From NCBI RefSeq assembly GCF_009914755.1, contig NC_060939.1: 64,000 nucleotides of DNA. One strand, written 5' to 3'. A program made the translations under genes and the position numbers. The notes under the pieces were generated by a model. It made no database searches and was not told the origin of the DNA. It saw only the letters and a program-made list of their open reading frames with translations. Source of the stretch: the human T2T-CHM13v2.0 reference genome, Homo sapiens. Positions 31,540 to 46,165 of the stretch are shown in pieces (the first letter of the stretch is position 1; the number at the start of each line of letters is the position of its first letter).

Positions 31540-33689
31540 TTATATATGATATATGTTATATGTTATGTAATATGCTTTATATGTAATATATAAACTCATA
31601 TATATTATATGTCATAATATATAATAGTTATCCTGTGTCATATTATATATATTATATATTTCATAACATATATAATATATAATACATATTATACATCTTA
31701 TATATGAAAATATGTAATTAGAGATAAAATAACATATAGTTATATATAATATGATATATAACATATATACTATATCATATATGATATATAATATATAATT
31801 TTTTATTGCATATTATAATTCATATATATTATAATTTATATAATGATATAATTATTTATATAATATAAATAATTATACATGCTTATATAATTATATATAA
31901 TATAAATAATAATATATATAATTACATATTCATATCGTTATATATAATAATACATTTCATATGTAATTATATGTATCATATAATAGACAACACACCTAAT
32001 ATATAATATATAATATATATTATACAATATAGGATACAAAAGATGTATGATATATAAGATATCATAATATAATATATATTTTAACATTATGTATGTAACA
32101 TGTAATATGTGATATATAAAATAAATTATGTAATATAAAATAATATAATATAATATATACTATATTAAGGTATATTATGTAAAGTATGTAATAAAATTAT
32201 AAGTAACATAATATATAGTTATATATATTATCTTATGTATTTACATAGAGTATTATACAGTTATATATAATTTTAAATTGTTATATATAATTTAATATAA
32301 AACAAATATAATATACATCATAACATATATATTGTATACCATATATATATTATGTATCATATATTGTATGTTATATATTATATATTCTATATCATATATC
32401 ATATATTATATGTTATATATATCACATTCCACATTTTGTATATTATAAATTATATACAATATATGACATGTATTATATTATATATAATAAATTATACATT
32501 ATATGTAACATAGTATATATTATATGTAACATGTATATTCTATGTAAAATATATAATATATAACATATTACATATAATTAATAACATAGACATATAATAT
32601 ATATTTAACATATGTACTATATATACAACGTATTATACATATACTATATAATATATATTATATATATGGCATAAAATATAATATATATTATATGTCATAT
32701 TTTATATATACAATTATATATTATTATATGTTATTTTATATTATCTATAACATAGATATAATATATATACCTATAATGTATATTACATATAACGTAGATA
32801 TTATATATAATATATATAATGTATATTATATATAACGTAGATATTATATATAATATATATAATGTATATTATATATTTAATACGTATACTAACCATATAA
32901 TATATTCTATATATGATATATAATATATATTATATATGTCATAAAATATAATATATATTATATGTCATTGTATAAATATAATACTTATATATTATCAATT
33001 ATTATATTACATTTAATATATATAATATAAGATGCAGGATGTGAGACAATATTATATATATGTTATTTATATTATATATATGATACTATATATTATTGTA
33101 TACATAATGTGTATATATATTTGTGGGTGCCCTATTTCCCATCTCATAACTTGTTTTAAGAAGCGCAGCATAATAATGTGTGGGCTTGGGATTCAGTTTT
33201 TGAAACAAAACACTGAGCCTTCAATGACCTTTCGGTCTATGTAGAAGCGCTCCTGTCTTCGTGGCAGCAGTTGGACCTCACAATGTGGATTGTGCCGTCA
33301 CCCTGCAATGTTTATGCCCTATCGCCATGGTGACGGGATTAGGGATCTCCTGCTCTTGGTCCTAAAGGCCACTGTCTGTGCTGTGTTTTTCAAAGGTCAG
33401 CACAGAGTGAACCTTTGTGGTTTTATTTTCCCTGAGTTTGATTTTTCTCATGGGGAACCTGTGGTGCTGCTTTGAAGGTATATTCATACTGGCCTTTCAA
33501 ATGCCAACTCTTCAAATTACTAGTTAATGCTTTCAAAGTATGTTATTTCAAAAATTATCCTCCGTATTTTCCATATGCAGTTATAAATATGTTGCATGGT
33601 TATGTTTCATTCCTCAGTTTATATATTTGATTATTGTACCAAGCAGCGTACCTTTGAAATTTTTTTTCATCTAAAAAATATGTAAATTA

Positions 33690-33979
33690 GCTCAGGCCTG
33701 TAATCCCAGCAAATTTGGAGGCCAAGGCAAGGGGATCACAAGGTAAAGAGATCAAGACCATCCTGGCCAATACAGTGAAACGCTGTCACTACTAAAAATC
33801 CAAAAAATTAGCTAGGCATTGTGGCAGCTGGTGTAGTCCCAGTGTGGTGTAGTCCAAGCTACCTGGGAGGCTGAGGGAGGGCAATCGCTTGAACCCGTGA
33901 GGCAGATGTTGCAGTGAGCAAATTTGGTGCCATTGTACTCCACCCTGTGCAACAGGACAACACTCTGTCTAAAAAAAAA
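33690..33979 (+). mobile_element. Alu copy, U14
   Basis: Same sequence as 1973-2262. Confidence 0.95.
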
Positions 33980-36122
33980 TTATATATGATATATGTTATA
34001 TGTTATGTAATATGCTTTATATGAAATATATAACCTCATATATATTATATGTCATAATATATAATAGTTATCCTGTGTCATATTATATATATTATATATT
34101 TCATAACATGTATAATATATAATACATATTATACATCTTATATATGAAAATATGTAATTAGAGATAAAATAACATATAGTTATATATAATATGATATATA
34201 ACATATATACTATATCATATATGATATATAATATATAATTTTTTATTGCATATTATAATTCATATATATTATAATTTATATAATGATATAATTATTTATA
34301 TAATATAAATAATTATACATGATTATATAATTATATATAATATAAATAATAATATATATAATTACATATTCATATCGTTATATATAATAATACATTTCAT
34401 ATGTAATTATATATATCATATAATAGACAACACACCTAATATATAATATATAATATATATTATACAATATAGGATACAAAAGATGTATGATATATAAGAT
34501 ATCATAATATAATATATATTTTAACATTATGTATGTAACATGTAATATGTGATATATAAAATAAATTATGTAATATAAAATAATATAATATAATATATAC
34601 TATATTAAGGTATATAATGTAAAGTATGTAATAAAATTATAAGTAACATAATATATAGTTATATATATTATCTTATGTATTTACATAGAGTATTATACAG
34701 TTATATATAATTTTAAATTGTTATATATAATTTAATATAAAACAAATATAATATATATCATAACATATATATTGTATACCATATATATATTATGTATCAT
34801 ATATTGTATGTTATATATCATATATTGTATATCATATATTATATGTTATATGTATCACATTCCACATTTTGTATATTATAAATTATATACAATATATGAC
34901 ATATATTATATTATATATAATAAATTATACATTATATGTAACATAGTATATATTATATGTAACATGTATATTCTATGTAAAATATATAATATATAACATA
35001 TTACATATAATTAATAACATAGACATATAATATATATTTAACATATGTACTATATATACAACGTATTATACATATACTATATAATATATATTATATATAT
35101 GGCATAAAATATAATATATATTATATGTCATATTTTATATATACAATTATATATTATTATATGTTATTTTATATTATCTATAACATAGATATAATATATA
35201 TACCTATAATGTATATTACATAGAACGTAGATATTATATATAATATATATAATGTATATTATATATAACGTAGATATTATATATAATATATATAATGTAT
35301 ATTATATATTTAATACGTATATTAACCATATAATATATTCTATATATGATATATAATATATATTATATATGTCATAAAACATAATATATAATATATGTCA
35401 TTGTATAAATATAATACTTATATATTATCAATTATTATATTACATTTAATATATATAATATAAGATGCAGGATGTGAGACAATATTATATATATGTTATT
35501 TATATTATATATATGATACTATATATTATTGTATACATAATGTGTATATATATTTGTGGGTGCCCTATTTCCCATCTCATAACTTGTTTTAAGAAGCGCA
35601 GCATAATAATGTGTGGGCTTGGGATTCAGTTTTTGAAACAAAACACTGAGCCTTCAATGACCTTTCGGTCTACGTAGAAGCGCTCCTGTCTTCGTGGCAG
35701 CAGTTGGACCTCACAATGTGGATTGTTCCGTCACCCTGCAATGTTTATGCCCTATCGCCATGGTGACGGGATTAGGGATCTCCTGCTCTTGGTCCTAAAG
35801 GCCACTGTCTGTGCTGTGTTTTTCAAAGGTCAGCACAGAGTGAACCTTTGTGGTTTTATTTTCCCTGAGTTTGATTTTTCTCATGGGGAACCTGTGGTGC
35901 TGCTTTGAAGGTATATTCATACTGGCCTTTCAAATGCCAACTCTTCAAATTACTAGTTAATGCTTTCAAAGTATGTTATTTCAAAAATTATCCTCTGTAT
36001 TTTCCATATGCAGTTATAAATATGTTGCATGGTTATGTTTCATTCCTCAGTTTATATATTTGATTATTGTACCAAGCAGCGTACCTTTGAAATTTTTTTT
36101 CATCTAAAAAATATGTAAATTA

Positions 36123-36412
36123 GCTCAGGCCTGTAATCCCAGCAAATTTGGAGGCCAAGGCAAGGGGATCACAAGGTAAAGAGATCAAGACCATCCTGGC
36201 CAATACAGTGAAACGCTGTCACTACTAAAAATCCAAAAAATTAGCTAGGCATTGTGGCAGCTGGTGTAGTCCCAGTGTGGTGTAGTCCAAGCTACCTGGG
36301 AGGCTGAGGGAGGGCAATCGCTTGAACCCGTGAGGCAGATGTTGCAGTGAGCAAATTTGGTGCCATTGTACTCCACCCTGTGCAACAGGACAACACTCTG
36401 TCTAAAAAAAAA
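36123..36412 (+). mobile_element. Alu copy, U15
   Basis: Same sequence as 1973-2262. Confidence 0.95.
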
Positions 36413-38555
36413 TTATATATGATATATGTTATATGTTATGTAATATGCTTTATATGTAATATATAACCTCATATATATTATATGTCATAATATATAATAG
36501 TTATCCTGTGTCATATTATATATATTATATATTTCATAACATATATAATATATAATACATATTATACATCTTATATATGAAAATATGTAATTAGAGATAA
36601 AATAACATATAGTTATATATAATATGATATATAACATATATACTATATCATATATGATATATAATATATAATTTTTTATTGCATATTATAATTCATATAT
36701 ATTATAATTTATATAATGATATAATTATTTATATAATATAAATAATTATACATGATTATATAATTATATATAATATAAATAATAATATATATAATTACAT
36801 ATTCATATCGTTATATATAATAATACATTTCATATGTAATTATATATATCATATAATAGACAACACACCTAATATATAATATATAATATATATTATACAA
36901 TATAGGATACAAAAGATGTATGATATATAAGATATCATAATATAATATATATTTTAACATTATGTATGTAACATGTAATATGTGATATATAAAATAAATT
37001 ATGTAATATAAAATAATATAATATAATATATACTATATTAAGGTATATTATGTAAAGTATGTAATAAAATTATAAGTAACATAATATATAGTTATATATA
37101 TTATCTTATGTATTTACATAGAGTATTATACAGTTATATATAATTTTAAATTGTTATATATAATTTAATATAAAACAAATATAATATACATCATAACATA
37201 TATATTGTATACCATATATATATTATGTATCATATATTGTATGTTATATATCATATATTGTATATCATATATTATATGTTATATGTATCACATTCCACAT
37301 TTTGTATATTATAAATTATATACAATATATGACATATATTATATTATATATAATAAATTATACATTATATGTAACATAGTATATATTATATGTAACATGT
37401 ATATTCTATGTAAAATATATGATATATAACATATTACATATAATTAATAACATAGACATATAATATATATTTAACATATGTACTATATATACAACGTATT
37501 ATACATATACTATATAATATATATTATATATATGGCATAAAATATAATATATATTATATGTCATATTTTATAAATACAATTATATATTATTATATGTTAT
37601 TTTATATTATCTATAACATAGATATAATATATATACCTATAATGTATATTACATATAACGTAGATATTATATATAATATATATAATGTATATTATATATA
37701 ACGTAGATATTATATATAATATATATAATGTATATTATATATTTAATACGTATATTAACCATATAATATATTCTATATATGATATATAATGTATATTATA
37801 TATGTCATAAAACATAATATATAATATATGTCATTGTATAAATATAATACTTATATATTATCAATTATTATATTACATTTAATATATATAATATAAGATG
37901 CAGGATGTGAGACAATATTATATATATGTTATTTATATTATATATATGATACTATATATTATTGTATACATAATGTGTATATATATTTGTGGGTGCCCTA
38001 TTTCCCATCTCATAACTTGTTTTAAGAAGCGCAGCATAATAATGTGTGGGCTTGGGATTCAGTTTTTGAAACAAAACACTGAGCCTTCAATGACCTTTCG
38101 GTCTATGTAGAAGCGCTCCTGTCTTCGTGGCAGCAGTTGGACCTCACAATGTGGATTGTGCCGTCACCCTGCAATGTTTATGCCCTATCGCCATGGTGAC
38201 GGGATTAGGGATCTCCTGCTCTTGGTCCTAAAGGCCACTGTCTGTGCTGTGTTTTTCAAAGGTCAGCACAGAGTGAACCTTTGTGGTTTTATTTTCCCTG
38301 AGTTTGATTTTTCTCATGGGGAACCTGTGGTGCTGCTTTGAAGGTATATTCATACTGGCCTTTCAAATGCCAACTCTTCAAATTACTAGTTAATGCTTTC
38401 AAAGTATGTTATTTCAAAAATTATCCTCCGTATTTTCCATATGCAGTTATAAATATGTTGCATGGTTATGTTTCATTCCTCAGTTTATATATTTGATTAT
38501 TGTACCAAGCAGAGTACCTTTGAAATTTTTTTTCATCTAAAAAATATGTAAATTA

Positions 38556-38845
38556 GCTCAGGCCTGTAATCCCAGCAAATTTGGAGGCCAAGGCAAGGGG
38601 ATCACAAGGTAAAGAGATCAAGACCATCCTGGCCAATACAGTGAAACGCTGTCACTACTAAAAATCCAAAAAATTAGCTAGGCATTGTGGCAGCTGGTGT
38701 AGTCCCAGTGTGGTGTAGTCCAAGCTACCTGGGAGGCTGAGGGAGGGCAATCGCTTGAACCCGTGAGGCAGATGTTGCAGTGAGCAAATTTGGTGCCATT
38801 GTACTCCACCCTGTGCAACAGGACAACACTCTGTCTAAAAAAAAA
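38556..38845 (+). mobile_element. Alu copy, U16
   Basis: Same sequence as 1973-2262. Confidence 0.95.
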
Positions 38846-40995
38846 TTATATATGATATATGTTATATGTTATGTAATATGCTTTATATGTAATATATAAC
38901 CTCATATATATTATATGTCATAATATATAATAGTTATCCTGTGTCATATTATATATATTATATATTTCATAACATATATAATATATAATACATATTATAC
39001 ATCTTATATATGAAAATATGTAATTAGAGATAAAATAACATATAGTTATATATAATATGATATATAACATATATACTATATCATATATGATATATAATAT
39101 ATAATTTTTTATTGCATATTATAATTCATATATATTATAATTTATATAATGATATAATTATTTATATAATATAAATAATTATACATGCTTATATAATTAT
39201 ATATAATATAAATAATAATATATATAATTACATATTCATATCGTTATATATAATAATACATTTCATATGTAATTATATATATCATATAATAGACAACACA
39301 CCTAATATATAATATATAATATATATTATACAATATAGGATACAAAAGATGTATGATATATAAGATATCATAATATAATATATATTTTAACATTATGTAT
39401 GTAACATGTAATATGTGATATATAAAATAAATTATGTAATATAAAATAATATAATATAATATATACTATATTAAGGTATATTATGTAAAGTATGTAATAA
39501 AATTATAAGTAACATAATATATAGTTATATATATTATCTTATGTATTTACATAGAGTATTATACAGTTATATATAATTTTAAATTGTTATATATAATTTA
39601 ATATAAAACAAATATAATATACATCATAACATATATATTGTATACCATATATATATTATGTATCATATATTGTATGTTATATATTATATATTCTATATCA
39701 TATATCATATATTATATGTTATATATATCACATTCCACATTTTGTATATTATAAATTATATACAATATATGACATGTATTATATTATATATAATAAATTA
39801 TACATTATATGTAACATAGTATATATTATATGTAACATGTATATTCTATGTAAAATATATAATATATAACATATTACATATAATTAATAACATAGACATA
39901 TAATATATATTTAATATATGTACTATATATACAACGTATTATACATACTCTATATAATATATATTATATATATGGCATAAAATATAATATATATTATATG
40001 TCATATTTCATATATACAATTATATATTATTATATGTTATTTTATATTATATATAACATAGATATAATATATATACCTATAATGTATATTACATATAACT
40101 TAGATATTATATATAATATATATAATGTATATTATATATAACGTAGATATTATATATAATATATATAATGTATATTATATATTTAATACGTATACTAACC
40201 ATATAATATATTCTATATATGATATATAATATATATTATATATGTCATAAAATATAATATATATTATATGTCATTGTATAAATATAATACTTATATATTA
40301 TCAATTATTATATTACATTTAATATATATAATATAAGATGCAGGATGTGAAACAATATTATATATATGTTATTTATATTATATATATGATACTATATATT
40401 ATTGTATACATAATGTGTATATATATTTGTGGGTGCCCTATTTCCCATCTCATAACTTGTTTTAAGAAGCGCAGCATAATAATGTGTGGGCTTGGGATTC
40501 AGTTTTTGAAACAAAACACTGAGCCTTCAATGACCTTTCGGTCTATGTAGAAGCGCTCCTGTCTTCGTGGCAGCAATTGGACCTCACAATGTGGATTGTG
40601 CCGTCACCCTGCAATGTTTATGCCCTATCGCCATGGTGACGGGATTAGGGATCTCCTGCTCTTGGTCCTAAAGGCCACTGTCTGTGCTGTGTTTTTCAAA
40701 GGTCAGCACAGAGTGAACCTTTGTGGTTTTATTTTCCCTGAGTTTGATTTTTCTCATGGGGAACCTGTGGTGCTGCTTTGAAGGTATATTCATACTGGCC
40801 TTTCAAATGCCAACTCTTCAAATTACTAGTTAATGCTTTCAAAGTATGTTATTTCAAAAATTATCCTCCGTATTTTCCATATGCAGTTATAAATATGTTT
40901 CATGGTTATGTTTCATTCCTCAGTTTATATATTTGATTATTGTACCAAGCAGAGTACCTTTGAAATTTTTTTTCATCTAAAAAATATGTAAATTA

Positions 40996-41285
40996 GCTCA
41001 GGCCTGTAATCCCAGCAAATTTGGAGGCCAAGGCAAGGGGATCACAAGGTAAAGAGATCAAGACCATCCTGGCCAATACAGTGAAAGGCTGTCACTACGA
41101 AAAATCCAAAAAATTAGCTAGGCATTGTGGCAGCTGGTGTAGTCCCAGTGTGGTGTAGTCCAAGCTACCTGGGAGGCTGAGGGAGGGCAATCGCTTGAAC
41201 CCGTGAGGCAGATGTTGCAGTGAGCAAATTTGGTGCCATTGTACTCCACCCTGTGCAACAGGACAACACTCTGTCTAAAAAAAAA
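40996..41285 (+). mobile_element. Alu copy, U17
   Basis: Same sequence as 1973-2262. Confidence 0.95.
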
Positions 41286-43435
41286 TTATATATGATATAT
41301 GTTATATGTTATGTAATATGCTTTATATGTAATATATAAACTCATATATATTATATGTCATAATATATAATAGTTATCCTGTGTCATATTATATATATTA
41401 TATATTTCATAACATATATAATATATAATACATATTATACATCTTATATATGAAAATATGTAATTAGAGATAAAATAACATATAGTTATATATAATATGA
41501 TATATAACATATATACTATATCATATATGATATATAATATATAATTTTTTATTGCATATTATAATTCATATATATTATAATTTATATAATGATATAATTA
41601 TTTATATAATATAAATAATTATACATGCTTATATAATTATATATAATATAAATAATAATATATATAATTACATATTCATATCGTTATATATAATAATACA
41701 TTTCATATGTAATTATATATATCATATAATAGACAACACACCTAATATATAATATATAATATATATTATACAATATAGGATACAAAAGATGTATGATATA
41801 TAAGATATCATAATATAATATATATTTTAACATTATGTATGTAACATGTAATATGTGATATATAAAATAAATTATGTAATATAAAATAATATAATATAAT
41901 ATATACTATATTAAGGTATATTATGTAAAGTATGTAATAAAATTATAAGTAACATAATATATAGTTATATATATTATCTTATGTATTTACATAGAGTATT
42001 ATACAGTTATATATAATTTTAAATTGTTATATATAATTTAATATAAAACAAATATAATATACATCATAACATATATATTGTATACCATATATATATTATG
42101 TATCATATATTGTATGTTATATATTATATATTCTATATCATATATCATATATTATATGTTATATATATCACATTCCACATTTTGTATATTATAAATTATA
42201 TACAATATATGACATGTATTATATTATATATAATAAATTATACATTATATGTAACATAGTATATATTATATGTAACATGTATATTCTATGTAAAATATAT
42301 AATATATAACATATTACATATAATTAATAACATAGACATATAATATATATTTAACATATGTACTATATATACAACGTATTATACATATAATATATAATAT
42401 ATATTATATATATGGCATAAAATATAATATATATTATATGTCATATTTTATATATACAATTATATATTATTATATGTTATTTTATATTATCTATAACATA
42501 GATATAATATATATACCTATAATGTATATTACATATAACGTAGATATTATATATAATATATATAATGTATATTATATATAACGTAGATATTATATATAAT
42601 ATATATAATGTATATTATATATTTAATACGTATACTAACCATATAATATATTCTATATATGATATATAATATATATTATATATGTCATAAAATATAATAT
42701 ATATTATATGTCATTGTATAAATATAATACTTATATATTATCAATTATTATATTACATTTAATATATATAATATAAGATGCAGGATGTGAGACAATATTA
42801 TATATATGTTATTTATATTATATATATGATACTATATATTATTGTATACATAATGTGTATATATATTTGTGGGTGCCCTATTTCCCATCTCATAACTTGT
42901 TTTAAGAAGCGCAGCATAATAATGTGTGGGCTTGGGATTCAGTTTTTGAAACAAAACACTGAGCCTTCAATGACCTTTCGGTCTATGTAGAAGCGCTCCT
43001 GTCTTCGTGGCAGCAGTTGGACCTCACAATGTGGATTGTGCCGTCACCCTGCAATGTTTATGCCCTATCGCCATGGTGACGGGATTAGGGATCTCCTGCT
43101 CTTGGTCCTAAAGGCCACTGTCTGTGCTGTGTTTTTCAAAGGTCAGCACAGAGTGAACCTTTGTGGTTTTATTTTCCCTGAGTTTGATTTTTCTCATGGG
43201 GAACCTGTGGTGCTGCTTTGAAGGTATATTCATACTGGCCTTTCAAATGCCAACTCTTCAAATTACTAGTTAATGCTTTCAAAGTATGTTATTTCAAAAA
43301 TTATCCTCCGTATTTTCCATATGCAGTTATAAATATGTTGCATGGTTATGTTTCATTCCTCAGTTTATATATTTGATTATTGTACCAAGCAGCGTACCTT
43401 TGAAATTTTTTTTCATCTAAAAAATATGTAAATTA

Positions 43436-43725
43436 GCTCAGGCCTGTAATCCCAGCAAATTTGGAGGCCAAGGCAAGGGGATCACAAGGTAAAGAGATCA
43501 AGACCATCCTGGCCAATACAGTGAAACGCTGTCACTACTAAAAATCCAAAAAATTAGCTAGGCATTGTGGCAGCTGGTGTAGTCCCAGTGTGGTGTAGTC
43601 CAAGCTACCTGGGAGGCTGAGGGAGGGCAATCGCTTGAACCCGTGAGGCAGATGTTGCAGTGAGCAAATTTGGTGCCATTGTACTCCACCCTGTGCAACA
43701 GGACAACATTCTGTCTAAAAAAAAA
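43436..43725 (+). mobile_element. Alu copy, U18
   Basis: Same sequence as 1973-2262. Confidence 0.95.
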
Positions 43726-45875
43726 TTATATATGATATATGTTATATGTTATGTAATATGCTTTATATGTAATATATAACCTCATATATATTATATGTCA
43801 TAATATATAATAGTTATCCTGTGTCATATTATATATATTATATATTTCATAACATATATAATATATAATACATATTATACATCTTATATATGAAAATATG
43901 TAATTAGAGATAAAATAACATATAGTTATATATAATATGATATATAACATATATACTATATCATATATGATATATAATATATAATTTTTTATTGCATATT
44001 ATAATTCATATATATTATAATTTATATAATGATATAATTATTTATATAATATAAATAATTATACATGATTATATAATTATATATAATATAAATAATAATA
44101 TATATAATTACATATTCATATCGTTATATATAATAATACATTTCATATGTATTTATATATATCATATAATAGACAACACACCTAATATATAATATATAAT
44201 ATATATTATACAATATAGGATACAAAAGATGTATGATATATAAGATATCATAATATAATATATATTTTAACATTATGTATGTAACATGTAATATGTGATA
44301 TATAAAATAAATTATGTAATATAAAATAATATAATATAATATATACTATATTAAGGTATATTATGTAAAGTATGTAATAAAATTATAAGTAACATAATAT
44401 ATAGTTATATATATTATCTTATGTATTTACATAGAGTATTATACAGTTATATATAATTTTATATTGTTATATATAATTTAATATAAAACAAATATAATAT
44501 ACATCATAACATATATATTGTATACCATATATATATTATGTATCATATATTGTATGTTATATATTATATATTCTATATCATATATCATATATTATATGTT
44601 ATATATATCACATTCCACATTTTGTATATTATAAATTATATACAATATATGACATATATTATATTATATATAATAAATTATACATTATATGTAACATAGT
44701 ATATATTATATGTAACATGTATATTCTATGTAAAATATATAATATATAACATATAACATATAATTAATAACATAGACATATAATATATATTTAATATATG
44801 TACTATATATACAACGTATTATACATATACTATATAATATATATTATATATATGGCATAAAATATAATATATATTATATGTCATATTTTATATATACAAT
44901 TATATATTATTATATGTTATTTTATATTATGTATAACATAGATATAATATATATACCTATAATGTATATTACATATAACGTAGATATTATATATAATATA
45001 TATAATGTATATTATATATAACGTAGATATTATATATAATATATATAATGTATATTATATATTTAATACGTATATTAACCATATAATATATTCTATATAT
45101 GATATATAATATATATTATATATGTCATAAAACATAATATATAATATATGTCATTGTATAAATATAATACTTATATATTATCAATTATTATATTACATTT
45201 AATATATATAATATAAGATGCAGGATGTGAGACAATATTATATATATGTTATTTATATTATATATATGATACTATATATTATTGTATACATAATGTGTAT
45301 ATATATTTGTGGGTGCCCTATTTCCCATCTCATAACTTGTTTTAAGAAGCGCAGCATAATAATGTGTGGGCTTGGGATTCAGTTTTTGAAACAAAACACT
45401 GAGCCTTCAATGACCTTTCGGTCTATGTAGAAGCGCTCCTGTCTTCGTGGCAGCAGTTGGACCTCACAATGTGGATTGTGCCGTCACCCTGCAATGTTTA
45501 TGCCCTATCGCCATGGTGACGGGATTAGGGATCTCCTGCTCTTGGTCCTAAAGGCCACTGTCTGTGCTGTGTTTTTCAAAGGTCAGCACAGAGTGAACCT
45601 TTGTGGTTTTATTTTCCCTGAGTTTGATTTTTCTCATGGGGAACCTGTGGTGCTGCTTTGAAGGTATATTCATACTGGCCTTTCAAATGCCAACTCTTCA
45701 AATTACTAGTTAATGCTTTCAAAGTATGTTATTTCAAAAATTATCCTCCGTATTTTCCATATGCAGTTATAAATATGTTTCATGGTTATGTTTCATTCCT
45801 CAGTTTATATATTTGATTATTGTACCAAGCAGAGTACCTTTGAAATTTTTTTTCATCTAAAAAATATGTAAATTA

Positions 45876-46165
45876 GCTCAGGCCTGTAATCCCAGCAAAT
45901 TTGGAGGCCAAGGCAAGGGGATCACAAGGTAAAGAGATCAAGACCATCCTGGCCAATACAGTGAAACGCTGTCACTACGAAAAATCCAAAAAATTAGCTA
46001 GGCATTGTGGCAGCTGGTGTAGTCCCAGTGTGGTGTAGTCCAAGCTACCTGGGAGGCTGAGGGAGGGCAATCGCTTGAACCCGTGAGGCAGATGTTGCAG
46101 TGAGCAAATTTGGTGCCATTGTACTCCACCCTGTGCAACAGGACAACACTCTGTCTAAAAAAAAA
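45876..46165 (+). mobile_element. Alu copy, U19
   Basis: Same sequence as 1973-2262. Confidence 0.95.
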
